NCBI RefSeq assembly: GCF_902713615.1 | Contig: NC_052159.1 | Span: 80,328,520 to 80,392,519, forward strand | Source of the DNA: Scyliorhinus canicula | Lineage: Eukaryota | DNA length: 64,000 nucleotides | Reading direction: 5' to 3' | Part shown: positions 23,720 to 37,298 of the stretch, piece after piece | Numbering within the stretch: position 1 is the first letter of the stretch | Layout: each line of letters starts with the position of its first letter | Made by a program: the position numbers and the translations under genes | Notes under the pieces: model-generated | What the model was told of the DNA's origin: nothing | The model's input: only the letters and a program-made list of their open reading frames with translations | The model's database searches: none

Positions 23720-24658
23720 GGTTGTGATTCAACCAATTCATTTCCAAGTGTCAATTTGGGCGAGTTTGGCGGATTGTTTCGGCTGATTTTTTGGGTGAGA
23801 TCCAGACCCAGATTCACCGACACTTAGTCATTTTCTGGGCCTTGCGGAGTTTCTCACCGGTCTAGCTTTTTTCAGCAGTGGGGAGATGATCTTGCCAGCG
23901 AGACCAGCTCCTCTGAGAGGGGGTGCCATTTTGAAAGGATGCCCCGATCCCAAAGTGATTTTGAGGGTCCCCCACACACCCAACTACGGGCAGTGCCACT
24001 CCTCCTGCGGACATGGGCATTACCCTCACCCAAGTGAGGGCACCCTGCTATGGGATCACTGCAGGCCCTCAATTCCAGGTCCCCACACCCTCTCTCGGGT
24101 CCCCCCCCCTTCCAGAAACCCCCTTCACCCTATTCCTTAGGCCCCTTCATACCCCCTCACCTCCCTTTCATAGGCATGGACCCCTTTAGGCGCTGATCTT
24201 TGGCAGTGCCAACATGACACCCTGGAACACAGGCACTGCCAGCCTGGCACCCAAGAAGTGCCCCATCACCCTGTAAATGCCAACCGGGCATCCTGGCAGT
24301 GCCAGGTTTGCACTATCAGGGTACCGGGGGAGTGGCAGGGCACTATCCTGCCCTGTCCCAAAATAGTCTGGGGGCTCTAATAGCCTGTGACCCCCACCGT
24401 GGTGCCATAGCACCTGGTCCATGCCTGTGGAAACCAGTGTTAAACTGTGCCTGCTTGAGACCTCGCAGGGGCAGCCGTTGACTCCTGAGCACTGGGAGAA
24501 AGCAGCATTGGGATAATGGCTGATTTAAATATCATTATCTTGATCATGCCCAGAATCACAAATCTGGTGACTCGTGATCAGCCCAGCATGAGGCCTGATT
24601 TGGAACTCTTACGGGATTCACCCGGAGTTGAGTGCAGCGTGGTGGCTGAATCGCACCC
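23720..24658. mobile_element. Harbinger-type non-autonomous element with a TTT TSD, inserted in an LTR
   Basis: TTT|GGTTGTGATTCAAC ... GCTGAATCGCACCC|TTT; inverted homolog of 51054-52206. Confidence 0.82.
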
Positions 24659-26434
24659 TTTATTCCCATATTATTATATCCTACACATCCCACGAAGTCC
24701 CTGCTTTTAAAGGGATATTTTCCTTGATGGTTTAACCAGTCTTCTTGAATGAGTGCTGGGATATTTCTGATGTAGTTGGAAATTTGTTGCTCTGATGTCA
24801 GTTCTTGGGGGTTGTCACACCTGGTTTACCTCATTCGTGCTTCTACAGATGTGATGTTCTCGTGGAGATCAGGGTGGGCAGCCCATATCACTAATTGCTT
24901 TCTGTCCACTGAAATCAGGGCAGTTCTGTTCCTTTGAATAATGCAGAATGTGTCTGGACCAGATAGGAGCTCGGCTGTTCTGGCTTCTCTATTATAATAC
25001 CTTCTTGCTGTTGGTCCCTAATCCATACTATCTGCTTGTTTGGCAGCCCTTGTTTTGGTTAAAAGTACCGGCTTGAATTGCTCTCTAAGTTTCTTCTCTT
25101 CTCCTCCCCCAGCCATGGACTTCTACTGTGACATTTGTCAGCAATGTTTTTTGGGAAAGAAAGGAAGTTCAGTTCTTAGCCTGCAAACCATCAGAAGCTC
25201 ACAGGGCAAAATCATTCTGCAATGGTGTGGAGCAATAACTGAGCAAAGCAAGTTCAAGTTGTCATTCCTCATTATTGGTCTTTTATAGTATAGACTTCTG
25301 CCTCATGTTTTCCATTAGACTGAGGATACTTCAGCAAACTCGGAAAATGGACAAATCCATTTTGATGCTGCCAAGGATTGAAAACCCTCCTTGGCAAATT
25401 GTCAGAGATGACAACGCCGGGAATGCGAGGTGTGGGGAACATTCTCTTCAAACAGATAATAACGGCATCAGAGGTGAGGTAATGTATGCACCTCTATCCA
25501 GCAGAAATAATGTCTACTTCTGTGAGAAATATTTTCCCTTTGAATTGAAACAGTTCACACCAAGTTCTGGATGCGAAGGAGAAGAGCAGAAGTGGTTTGT
25601 TCTGAAAGCACCTTCCATCCCCAAGCACTCGGGCAGCAGCTCTGACGCTTCTGAGCTGCATGCCAGTTAATGGAAATGGCTACTCACCTCCTCAATGTCC
25701 CGCAGTAGCCATTGCGCCAGCTTCACATTTTGAAAAGGAGTACTAGACAATGCTTGCATGATTTCCCGTCGGGTAATTCCCAGGGGAATGCTGCATTCGA
25801 CTCCAATCTCGTTAGGGTTAAAAATATTCTCGCCATTTTGGGGTGAGATCCGGAACTTGCCATCGGGAGCGGACTGGGTGAATCTCAAAATGGTTTATGC
25901 CCAGCACGAATATCACTTTTATCCTCTCCCTCTATTCACCTGTCGTGCCTGATCCACGCCGGGCACAACCCAGTCATTGAGCCCCCGCCATGTATTCAAT
26001 ACAGCATGAAATATCTGGTTCCAATATAGACAGTTGTGCCCTGACATAGCGCTTGGTAATACGAAGATATCCTTGGTGAATCTTACGGAGAACATCCAGA
26101 CAGTGGGCCTGTGCTACCATAATCGTTTAGCGTATACCAAAAGGTCATATCAGTTGTTAATGTGCTGACGTTGGTCAAATTATTGGCACTGCCTGGTTGG
26201 CACTACCAGGTTGACCCTGCCAGGTTGGCACTGCCAACCAGTCTTGGGGCAATGCCAGGGGCTCGTGAGGCTGAAAATTGCAGCCATTATAATAATATAA
26301 AAGCAAATTACTACGGATGCTGGAATCTGAAACAAAAACAGAAATGACTGGACAATCTGAACGGTGTCTGACATTTTATGTATTCAGAATAAATAATACA
26401 TCTTGTTGAGCTTGTTGAGCACCCATCTCGTATA

Positions 26435-26614
26435 GGGGCTGGTTTAGCACAGCGCTAAATCACTGCTTTTTCAAAGCAGACTAAGGCAGGCCAGCAGCGC
26501 GGGTTCAATTCCCGTACCAGCCTCCCCAAACAGGCGCCGGAATGTGGTGACTAGGGGCTTTTCACAGCAACTTCATTTGAAGCCTACTTGTGACAATAAG
26601 CGATTTTCATTTCA
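26435..26614 (+). mobile_element. Short tRNA-derived SINE (second family)
   Basis: GGGGCTGGTTTAGCACAG head, GGTTCAATTCC B box and a tail ending CCTACTTGTGACAATAAG..TTTCATTTC. Reverse copy at 43223-43410. Confidence 0.85.
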
Positions 26615-26669
26615 ATTATTGCCTTAAAACGTGGTTGCTTGACATCTTTGGTGGAAGCACCTGTGAATC

Positions 26670-26969
26670 CATAGCATCACTCCAGTGCAGAAAAAGGTCT
26701 TTCGGCCCATCAAGTCTGCAACCACCCTCTGAAAGAACACTCAACCTAGGCCCACTGCCCTGACTTATTCCTATAATCTCATGCATTGATCATGGTCAAT
26801 CCGCCTAACCTGCACATCTTTGAACTGTGGGAGAATATCGGAGCAGCCAAAGGAAACTAACACAGACACCGGAGAAAGAGCAAACTCCACACAGTTGCTC
26901 AAGGCCAGAATCAAACCCTGGTACCTTGCGCTGTGAGGCAGTAGTGCGAACCACTGTGCCACCATGCTG
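26670..26969 (-). mobile_element. HE1-type V-SINE (older)
   Basis: Homologous to 17050-17405. Confidence 0.85.
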
Positions 26970-27439
26970 TGAGTCAACATGCATATTTCATCTTGCTTTT
27001 GAGCCTCATGAAATTCTTGCAAATTCTGCTCTGTTACTGGTAAATATTGAGTAGGGTAAGGTTGTGAAGGCTTCAACTTCCTCATGAAGGCTTTTTTCTC
27101 TTGTTCGTTGACTTCATCATCTGAAGAAGCAAGTTCACAGCTGTGCACTTTTTCTGCTCAACAAGATGTACTCTTTATTCTGAATACATAAAATGGCTGC
27201 GATGTCAGACCTGCTCAGATTGTCCAGTAATTTCTGTTTTGTTTCAGATTCCAGCATCCCCAGTAATTTGCTTTCATATTATTATAATGGCTGCAATTTT
27301 AAGCCTTGTGAGCCCCTGGCACTGCCCCAACACTGGTTGGCAGTGCCAGCCTGGCAGGGTCAACCTGGTAGTGCCAACCGGGCAGTGCCAATCAGTTCCG
27401 ACAGGCGAAGCCAGGGGAGGACCCTATGGGGAGTCCCAT

Positions 27440-28520
27440 TAAGGGTGTCATGCTTTATGGGTGGAGAAACCCCCAATGCTGATGCTTGTGGTGGTGGTGG
27501 TGGTGGGGGGGGGGGGGGGGGGGGGGGGGTGAGAACTCCAATGGTGATGGGGGGGTCCTGATGCTGATGGTGGTGGGGGTCGGGGAGTATGGGGACATTC
27601 CCAATGCTGATGCTTGTGGTGAGGAGATTTAGGGTCAGAACTGCAATGCTGATGGTGGTGGGTGGGGGTGGGGGGGGGGGGGCTCTGATGTTGATGGTGG
27701 TGGGGTAGGGGGTATGGCAACATTCCCGATGCTGATGCTTGTGGTGAGGAGGTTTGGGTTGAACACTGCGATGCTGATGGTAGTGGGTGGGAGGGGGCCC
27801 TGATATTGATGGTGGTGGGGCAGAGGGTATGGCAACATTCCCAATGCTGATGCTTGTGGTGAGGAGGTTTGGGGTGAGCACTGCGATGCTGATGGTGGTG
27901 GTGTGGGGGAGCAGCCATGATGCTGAAGTTCGTGGTGGGAGGGTAAGTTGGGGTGTGACAACCCTGATGCTGATGGTGGTGGTGGGTAGGAACTCCCAAT
28001 GCTGATGCTGTACGATATGGTATGGTAGCCCAATGGTTATCACTGTTGCTTCACAGCTCCAGGGTCCCAGGTTCAATTCCCAGCTTGGGTCACTGTCTGT
28101 GCGGAGTCTGCACGTTCTCCTTGTGTCTGCGTGGGTTTTCTCCGGGAGCTCCGGTTTCCTCCCACAGTCCAAAGATGTGCTAGTTAGTTGAATTGGCCAT
28201 GCTAAATTGCCCTTAGTGTCCAAAAAGTTAAGTGGGGTTACTGAGTTACGGGGACAGGGTGGAGGTGTGGGTTTAAGTAGGGTGCTCTTTCCAAGGGACC
28301 GAGCACACTCGTTGGGCTGAATGCCCTCCTTCTGCACTGTAAAGTCTATGATTCTATGATTGTGGTGGGGGGGAGGTGTGAGAACACCAATGCTGATGGT
28401 GATTGGGGAAGGGGGGAACAAGCCCCACGATGCCGATGCTTGTGATGGGTGAAGGGGGCTGTGAGAACCCCGATGCATGGTGATGGGACGGGGGAGGCCC
28501 TGATGCTTGTAGTAGGAGGT
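27440..28520. repeat. G-rich minisatellite built on GATGCTGATG subunits, interrupted by a SINE
   Basis: About 40-bp subunits grouped into about 120-bp units starting near 27586, 27708 and 27823. Confidence 0.88.
28020..28360 (+). mobile_element. HE1-type V-SINE
   Basis: tRNA head, V domain and tail ..TCTATGATTCTATGATT. Confidence 0.9.
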
Positions 28521-29590
28521 CTCTGTATCCTTGGGCGGGGGGAGGTTGGGAGGTTTATTTTCTGTGCTGAAAAGGACGCCCGACCTTTGCGGAGCCAGCC
28601 TCGCCAGCTCTAACAGGCCCCACCTGGCCACAGCGACAGTCACTGAATTTTGTTTTCCAGAGAGGTTCAAAATCTGGACTCAAAACCCAACTGTGCAACT
28701 GTAGAGCAATATGCTGGCTTTCAATCAAAGCCTGACACATTGAAACAATATGATGAAACTCTGTACCCTGTTTCAGAAATTTTACCGTCTTTGTACTTTA
28801 GCATTGCAGCAAGCTGACCTTTAACATTTAACTTGATTCTTCCTGGACCTTGGAGAAAGGTTGCAGAGTTAATTAATTCAGCCAAGATAAAACTGAGACT
28901 ACCGCTCCTCTGTCTCAGTTGCATGCCCATTTACTTCAATGCCAGCACTCCAATACTGGCTTTTATTTTTATTTTGTTCTCAAAGGAAGGTGATTTCCTC
29001 ATTGTCAGGGTCCCGAATTCTTTGAATGGATGTTCCTTTGTCAGATTTTTCTTTCAGTCTTGTGAACACAGATTTCCTGGAATGGCACACTGCTTTAAGA
29101 TGGTCTATCTTGCCACACCCATGGCATTGCTTGATTTGGGTGGGATATTCTTCACGCCTGTGGATCATCTTCCTGGCATAGCAAGGATGTAGGAAAATGG
29201 TGGTTGACATCTTCTCAGGGCTGATTGCAGCCTTGCTATAATTTGGGTTTTACAACCCACAAACTGAACAACTTAATTGGGCTGTTCTTGTGGGCTTTCC
29301 CTCATATTTCTGACAAAGACTCTATTCTGACTCTGCCCTTTGACCTGTCTGGCCAGATTACAGCTTCACTGAAAGTTAAATCTTTCCGAGATTGTAAAGA
29401 GGTTTCAATTTGAAACACCTATGACTATCCTATCTCTGCTCAGGATGTTTTTTTAATGTTCCGTACTTACAATTGTCAGCTAGACAGTGCAGTTCGTTGG
29501 TGAATGAGTCGGTTCCTTCATCCTATTTTTGACTGCATTGATTAGATTTTGTCCTGAAGAATGAGTCAAAGGCATTAATGATGTCCCCAT

Positions 29591-29973
29591 TGTCATAATG
29601 TACACCAGTATATCATGGTGCAGACACATACTGATGGACATACACTAGGACTAAATCAACATGCACAAACACCACAGCCAATCACCAGTTAGAACACACG
29701 CACTATAAAGACAGAGGGCATCACTTTCCCTGCTGATTCTGGATGCTGCCTCTCAGAAGCACAAGAGCTCATCAGTTACAGTACAGACTCTCACCACGTG
29801 CTGAGAGATTCAACTGGTTCAGACAGGCACAGGTCTCTAGTTAAACTAGCATCGTGCAAACTCACAGTTATAGTATGTCTAATATTTTATAAGAGTTAAT
29901 AAAATAGTGTTGAACCTTCTTCAGTGTTGGTGGCATATGTCTGCTTCACAAGTCTACAGTGCCCAACACTTCA
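29591..29973 (+). mobile_element. Solo LTR
   Basis: CCCAT|TG...CA|CCCAT, with CCAAT, TATAAA and AATAAA in order. Similar in style to the LTRs of 31843-37034. Confidence 0.9.
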
Positions 29974-31842
29974 CCCATAGAACGCTATCTCGCCGTTCGC
30001 CCTGTCTTGCCAGCATGTCATCTACGATGCTCCAGACTGCATACAACAAAGTGCTAACTTGGTCTTTGTGATTTTTACTGGCAAGACCTGAAGCATAGTA
30101 GTACCATGTGTAATGCCTTTGCCAATTTTGCCATTGTTCAGCCTACCTGGGATGCTCCATGTTTTGGAACAATTCTGCGATTAGGTAGGCAGGTCAGGTG
30201 TCTTTCATGCATTGGTGCAGACTCGATGTGCCAAAGAGCCTCTTCTGCACATTATTAACCATTTCTCAGCCTGTGTTGTGGTTCTCTTTTCTCTCACTGC
30301 TTGTCTTGCTAGCCGTTGGGTTGACCTTGTTTTTATGCTATCTAGTGTGGCTGTTGGGGTGTCCTCAATGTCCTTTCCTTGCTGCTCTGTACTGCTGAGT
30401 TACTCTTTAGGCTTCTTGCACCTTTGTCTGCTGTTCCTGTGGATGGAATCACTGCTGTCACCAACTGTTATTAAGGCTTTGACTTGAGATTCCTTGGTTT
30501 CTTCCTCTGGAAGCGATCTTTCTGGGGGCAACGGTCTTTCATTTAAATTACCTTTATTTATATCACTAGCTATTTACAAGGTTGTAGAATATCAGAGCTA
30601 CACCCTGTCTCTCATTTGCTCTCAGCCATTGCTATTTCTGTACAAAATGCAGCCAAAGCAAAGTGGCTGAATAAGGCATGTGTGACTTAGGTGGGACATT
30701 CTTCAAGCCTGTGGATTATCTTCCTGGAATAGCGATGATGTAGGAAAATGGTGGTTGGCACCTTTTCAGGGCTGATTGCAACCTTGCTATAATTTTGGTT
30801 TTATAACACACAAACTAAACAACTTCATTGGGCTGTTCATGTGGGCTTTCCCTCATATTTCTGAAGAAAACTCTATTCTGAGTCTGCCCTTTGACCTGTC
30901 GGGCCAGTTTGCAGCTTCACTTAAAGTTGAATCTTTCTGAGATTGTAAAAAAATCAGAGAGGTTTTCATTTGAAGCGTCTTCATTGGGCTGTTCTTTTGG
31001 GTGCTACATGATCTGAAAGAAAAGGACAAATTCAAGAGGGACACTGCCTTTTGTTTCAAGAGCAACCCAAGCACACATATGTTCTTGGATACCCAGATCT
31101 AAAAACAACACCAGCAATATCTAGGAAACCAGATGAGAATTGTCTTTCAAAATATACATTGGACCAATAATTGCCATAGGAACAACTCTAACACCAGTTT
31201 CAACCTTGCACTCTGGATGCCTATATTGCAGGCTCACATCGGCAGAATGGATGTAGACATGAGGCTATATTAGAACCTTCAGTGCACATTTTACAAAATT
31301 GGGGTCAGAAGATGTTATAAGTGATTTTTGGGATGCCAATGGTCAGATTTGTCAATCAAAACATAATTTACTCTACCCATAAATAATACTGCATGTACTT
31401 GTAATGAAGCATCAAAAAAATGAGCCCCTTCCTATTTATTTTAATTCATAAATAGATAGATATTCAAGTGCATAATTCATAAAAGATGGAACAGTTAAGT
31501 TATGAAGAGAGGTTGGATAGGCTTAGGTTGTTTTCGCTGGAGCAGAGAAGACTGAGGGGCAACCTGTTTGAGGTACAAGATTATGAGGGGTATAAACAGG
31601 GTGGTAGGGAACAGCTGTTCCCCTTAGTTCAAAGGTCAGTTACGAGGGGACACAAGTTCAAAGGAAGGGACAGGAGGTTTAGGGAGATTTGAGGAAACTT
31701 TTTTACCCAGAGGGTGGTGACCATATGGAATGCACTGCCTGGGAGGATTGCCTCACATCCTTTGAAAAGTGGATGAGCTCATGGCTCGTCATAACATTCA
31801 AGGATATTGCCCACGTCCTGGCAAATGGGATTAGGTAGGCAG

Positions 31843-34800
31843 TGTCATGATATGCACTCATGCACATAAGTGACAGGAAGTGACAGACACCCAGTACAGC
31901 CAATCAACACACAGGACAGAACACAACCAATCACCAGGCAGAACACTAGTAGGTGGTCTGGCACTATAAAACACACAAGGCATCAACACTCTGCCTCTTT
32001 CCACTGGTGACAACTGTAGTGATAGTCAGGGTGTATATATCAGTTAGCACCTTCTACACGTGGCTCAGAGGTAGTCTGGTCTAGTTAGTTATAGTGAGCA
32101 CGCTTAGATTAGTAGAGTGTCAAACTCACAGCGAACTGTGTGCACTGCTTAACAAGTTCAATAAAGCATATTGAACTAACATCAAAGTTTGGAGTCTACT
32201 TTCAAGTACAACTGCATCCAATTGCAGTCCGTGTTACCCCAGGGTGATTAACACGACATGGTACCAGTAGTCTACTATCTCTAAGTGGTTTACCTGGAGT
32301 GATTCCATGACGATCAGCAAGTGCCTTCCAGCAGCATGGAGAAGATCCAGGCCCCTCCACAACTACGGATCTTCGGCAATCTCGGCACCAACTGGTGGGT
32401 CTTCAAGCAAAGGTTCCTTCTCTACATTGAGGCCTCTGACCTCGAGGATGCGTCCGATTCCAGAAAAATCGCGCTGCTCCTATCAACTGCGGGGGACCAA
32501 GCCATCCAGATTTTTAACCCGCTTAATTTTACCAATGGCCAGGACAAGACCAAATTCAAGACCGTTTTGGAGATGTTCGACAGTCACTGTGAAGTCAAAA
32601 TAAACAAGACCTTTGAGGGCTATAATTTCCAGCAACACCTTCAGGGTAAGGATGAACCTTTCCAATCCTTTCTAACTCATCTCCGTAAATTAGCCCAGTC
32701 CTGCAATTATGGTGCACCGCTGATTCCATGATCAGGGTGCAATCCGATTCCTCGTGGGAGCAACTCCTCAAAATTAAGCACATGACCCTGCCAGTCGCAA
32801 TCGAGGCGTGTGTAGTGCACGAGCATGCGAGAAATCGGTACTCCCATTTCAAATCGGCAGAATACGAAAAACTTGCCTCCCACGAGGCAGAAAGTATACA
32901 GGCCATCGCCCGGATGCAGCACCTCAGTAACGATGAAAGTGGCCATTTCGCGTGCTTTTCCCAGGGCCCCACGCATGCACAATACGAACGGGAGAACGAA
33001 GCGGACGAAAACCAAACTACGCAGGTGCAAACGTCGGCTGACCGCACTGCGCATGTGCGACCATGCACAAAGTGTAACAATGTCAACGTCATGACGTGCC
33101 CGAACTACAACACCGCCCATTTAAAGCGGCAATGCCCTGCAAAAGGCAGGCGATGTCTACATTGCGGGAAGCCTGGACATTATGCAGCCTTGTGCAGGCC
33201 TACACCACCAGTCAAGGGCCAGCGATCCCAATTCCAACGCAAGCGCATTCGATGTATACAGCAAGGTTTACTCGATTCTGATCCTGGTAGCATTACGGAT
33301 TCAGAGGACAACTGCCTGGAGTCCCCCTATCGTCTGGGCATCATCACTACATGTGAGTAAGCCTCCTCAAATTTAGCAAGACGCCTATCTATCCTCAATG
33401 TGGATTCCGTGGATGAATGGCGTGCTGTTACATAAGTAAATCAATGCAGCATCCATTTCAAGCTGGAACTGGTGCTTCTGCCAATCTCATCTCTCAAGCT
33501 GATTTTGACTGCATTAAAAAGCAACCCAAATTTCTTTCGCCAGCCTGCCAGCTCCTCGATTATAATGGCAATGCCATAACTGCACTAGGATCTTGTCATC
33601 AATTCGTCTCCAACAAGATCATCACTGTCACACTGTGATTCGAAATCGTCAAGCCTGATAAAGCATCCCTGCTCGGTGCCCATGCATGCAGTTACTCAAC
33701 CTCGTACAGCGAGTCCCATGCCATGTCTTCTTCCAATGTGGATCTTCAGGCTGACATTGATGACATCCTTGCTCAGTATCCGGATGTGTTTGATGGAATG
33801 GGTACTCAGCCATACTGCTACAAGATCCTCCTCAGGCCTGATGCCACGCCTGTAATCCATGCACCGCGCCGGGTGCTAGCTCCTGTGAAGGAACGTTTAA
33901 AGGCACAGCTACAGGAACTCCAAGACCAGAGCATCATCTCCAAAGTGACGGAACCGACTGACTGGGTCAGCTCGATGGTCTGTGTGAAGAAGCCCTCAAG
34001 AAAGTTGCGAATACGCATAGATCCCAAAGATCTTAACCGGAACATAAGACAGGAACACTACCCCATCCCGAATCGGGAGTAACTGACCAGTGTGATGGAA
34101 CACGCCAAATTCTTCACAAAGCTAGGTGCATCACGTGGGTTCTGGCAGACACAACTGGATGAGTCCAGCAGGAAGCTCTGCATATTCAACACACCATTTG
34201 GCAGGTACTGTTATAACCGTATGCCGTTCGGCATTGTCTCAGCCTCTGAAATCTTCCACAGGATCATGGAGCAGATGATGGAGGGCATTGAGGGTGTGCG
34301 TGTCTACGTAGATGATGTAATCATATGGTCCACGACCCCCGAGGAACACATATCGCGTCTCAAGCAAGTCTTTTGGCACGTCCATGCAAACGGCCTCAAG
34401 CTGAACAAGGCCAAGTGCTCCTTTGGCATGTCAACCATCAAGTTCTTGGGTGACCAGATATTCCAGCATGGTGTGCGACCAGATCCAGACAAGGTCAAGG
34501 CCATTCATGCCATGAAGACCCCGGAAGACAAGAAGGCAGTACTACGCTTCCTCGGGATGGTGAACATCTTGGGAGAATTCATTCCCAACATGGCCTCACA
34601 CACCACGGCTCTCATGCATCTGGCGAAGAAATCCACTGCATTCCAGTGGCTACCCACACATCAAGCAAAATGGCTCGAGCTCAAAGCAAAGCTCACCGCT
34701 GCTCTGGTACTAGCGTTTTTGACCTGGACAGGGGAACAAAAATCTCAAGGACGCAAGCCAGGACGGCATTGGTGCGGTGCTCCTCCAATGGGATGACTTC

Positions 34801-37034
34801 TCGTCCTGGGCTCCAGTTCCTTACGCGTCAAGGACCATGACTCCTACTGAACAGAGGTACGCCCAAATAGAAAGAGTGCCTGTGCCTCCTAACCAGCATT
34901 GTAAAGTTCTATGACTACGTCTACGGTCTACCAACCTTCGCAGTGGAGACTGACCACAGACCCTTGGTCCATATCATTCATAAGGACTTGAATGACATGA
35001 TGCCCAGTCTTCAGCACATTCTTCTTCGACTCTGGAGATACGATTTTGAGTTAGTATACACACCAGGCAAGGAGCTGATAATTGCAGATGCCCTGTCCCG
35101 CTCCATCACCTCGCCCTGTGAACAGGTTGACTTCATCCTCCTGATTGAGGCACAGGTGCAGCTGTGTGCCAGCAACCTCCCGGCCTCAGATGAAAGAGTG
35201 ATCAGCATTCATGAAGAGACTGCCAAAGACCCTCTTCTGCAGCGTGTAAAGCACCACCTTGTAAATGGCTGGAAAAAAGGGCAATGCCCTCAGTTCTTCA
35301 ATGTGAAGGACGACCTGACAGTCATCGAGAGGATCCTCCTCAAGCTAGATCATATCTTTATTCCTCACAGTCTGCAGAGCTTAGTGCTCAAACAAATCCA
35401 CAAGGGACACCTAGGCATCGAAAGGTGTAGGCGCAGGGCCCGGCAGGTAATATATTGGCCTGCATTCAGGCAGGACCTATCCAAAATGGTCCTCAATTGT
35501 GAGATCTGCCAGCGTTTCCAGCCTGCTCAAACAAAAGAAACACTCCAGCAATACGAGATCGAGACCTCTCCATGGTCCAAGGTGAGAATCAACCTTTTTC
35601 ACGCCAATGGATGTGACTATGTACTCATCATAGATTACTCCTTAAATTACCCGGCAGTTGTGAAGCTGTGAGACCTCACATCACGGACAGTCATCAAGGC
35701 CTGCAAGGAGACATTTGCCAGGCATGGTATTCCACTCACTGTCATGAATGACAATGGTCCCTGCTTCCACAGCCAAGAGTGGTCCAATTTCGCCAAGTCG
35801 TACCAATTCAACCACATCACCTCAAGCCCACACTACCCGCAGTCCAATGGGAAAATTGAGAAAGGGGTCCATAGAACATATCGTGAAGCAACTGCTCTGC
35901 AAGGCTGTGGACTCAGCTTCTGACTTCAATCTTGCGCTGTTGGCGTACAGGGCAACCCCTCTGTCCACCGGTATGTCTCCGGCTCAACTCCTCATGAATA
36001 GAGACCTGCGGACGACTGTTCCAGCCATACACTTATCAGACCTGGATCACCTCCCAGTGCTGCAAAAGGTGCAGCAACTCAGGAACCAGCAAAAGCTGAC
36101 GTACGATGGTCATTCTACCAATTTGCCTGTGCTATCTCCGGAAGATGTTGTTCGGATCAAGCTGCCTGATGGAGGCTGGTCAGCTCCAGCTGTTGTTCGA
36201 CAGGCTGCTCCCAGATCATTTGTAGTTCGTATGGCTGATGGCTCCCTTGTCAGGCGCAACAGAAGGGCACTGCGCAAAGTTGCCTGCCCACCACCAGATC
36301 CTACTTTTCCATATGTTGTTATGCCTCCTCTGGACACCTCGCACCACAAGGCCACCAATCTGGCCTGTCAAGGCGCTGTCATCCCCACCTCCACCTCTCG
36401 GGCGGTCGACAAGGATCAGACGCAAGCCCCAAAGATTGGACTTACAGACATTTCTCTTGTAAATTTTGTTCTGTATCTGCACGCTAGACACCTCTTATGT
36501 ATATATTCATCCACTCGCTGTCATCCACTCGCCATTTAATGTAACTAGTTCTGCATGTAAATACAGTCGCACATGCTCCAAGCAACCAACATTTTTTTTA
36601 AAAACGGGAGATGTCATGATATGCACTCACGTACATAATGAGATACAGACAGGCAGTGACAGACACCCAGTACAGCCAGTCAACACACAGGACAGAACAC
36701 AACCAACCACCAGGCAGAACACTAGTAGGTGGTATGGCACTATAAAATACACGAGGCATCAACACTCTGCCTCTTTCCACTGGTGACAATTGTAGTGACA
36801 GTCAGGGTGCATATATCAGTTAGCACCTTCTACACATGGCTCAGGGCTAGTCTGGTCTAGTTAGTTATAGTAAGCACGCTTAGATTAGTAGACTGTCAAA
36901 CCCACAGCGAACTGTGTGCACTGCTTAATAAGTTCAATAAAGCATATTGAACTAACATCAAAGTTTGAAGTCTACTTTCAAGTACAACTGCATGCCGTTG
37001 CAGTCTGTGTTACCCCAGGGTGATTAACATGACA
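31843..37034 (+). mobile_element. Full-length but frameshifted Gypsy/Ty3 LTR retrotransposon
   Basis: GGCAG TSD; LTRs 31843-32258 and 36612-37034 (TGTCATG..CAYGACA). PBS TGGTACCAGTAGT is a near match to the tRNA-Leu(TAA) 3' end. PPT at 36600-36611. Domain order gag-PR-RT-RH-IN. Confidence 0.96.
32337..36450 (+). pseudogene. gag-pol pseudogene
   Basis: CLHCGKPGHYAALC knuckle, degenerate protease (TGASAN), RT (MPFG, VYVDD), RNase H (ETDHRPL, ADALSR), integrase zinc finger (IHKGHLG..CEIC) and core. Many frameshifts and stops. Confidence 0.93.
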
Positions 37035-37223
37035 GGCAGGTTAGGTGTCTTTCATGCATTGGTGCAGACTCGATGTGCCAAAGGGCCTCTTCTGCACTGT
37101 ATTATTTTGTCATTCTGTGATAATGAATAACTAACAATACTGTGAAGAGCAATTAGGATTCTTAAGGTTCACCTACTGAACCCTATGTAATATGACTGTT
37201 TGTGATTTCTGTTTTATTCACAG

Positions 37224-37298
37224 ACTCTACTTCCGCACCCCACCATCCCCTCGGGAAAAGAATCTTGACCAGTGCAGTCCCTGCGCTCAAATTCTGAT
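37224..37298 (+). other. Candidate host-gene exon (75 nt)
   Basis: Strong acceptor tttctgttttattcacag and donor gtatgt in non-repetitive DNA. One frame is open (LYFRTPPSPREKNLDQCSPCAQIL); another ends STSAPHHPLGKRILTSAVPALKF*. Confidence 0.4.

Larger units (their letters stand above)
23435..30690 (-). mobile_element. Old, heavily interrupted Gypsy LTR retrotransposon
   Basis: Diverged direct repeats start at about 23435 and at 30466. PBS-like TGGTGACAGCAGTG at 30450-30463. Minus-strand gag (ASGLASK..QVSTLLY), CHGCGKIDHLKAVC knuckle, QEFHEAQKQDEIC linker, KIHQGYL and integrase (VISDN, YPQSNG). Confidence 0.82.
31486..37120 (+). mobile_element. CR1 3' fragment (31486-31842 and 37035-37120) split by an LTR element
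   Basis: SYEERLDRLRLFSLEQRRLRG..TRGH; the 3' UTR resumes after the GGCAG TSD. Confidence 0.88.

Noticed and set aside
25275-25670. 131-aa plus-strand ORF
   Set aside because: It is antisense to a decayed Gypsy integrase on the minus strand.
27440-28010. CRISPR-like periodic repeats
   Set aside because: The spacers are themselves repetitive, there are no cas genes and the context is eukaryotic.
27360-28670. 436-aa ORF with repeated TTISI motifs
   Set aside because: It is a read-through of a minisatellite and an embedded SINE.
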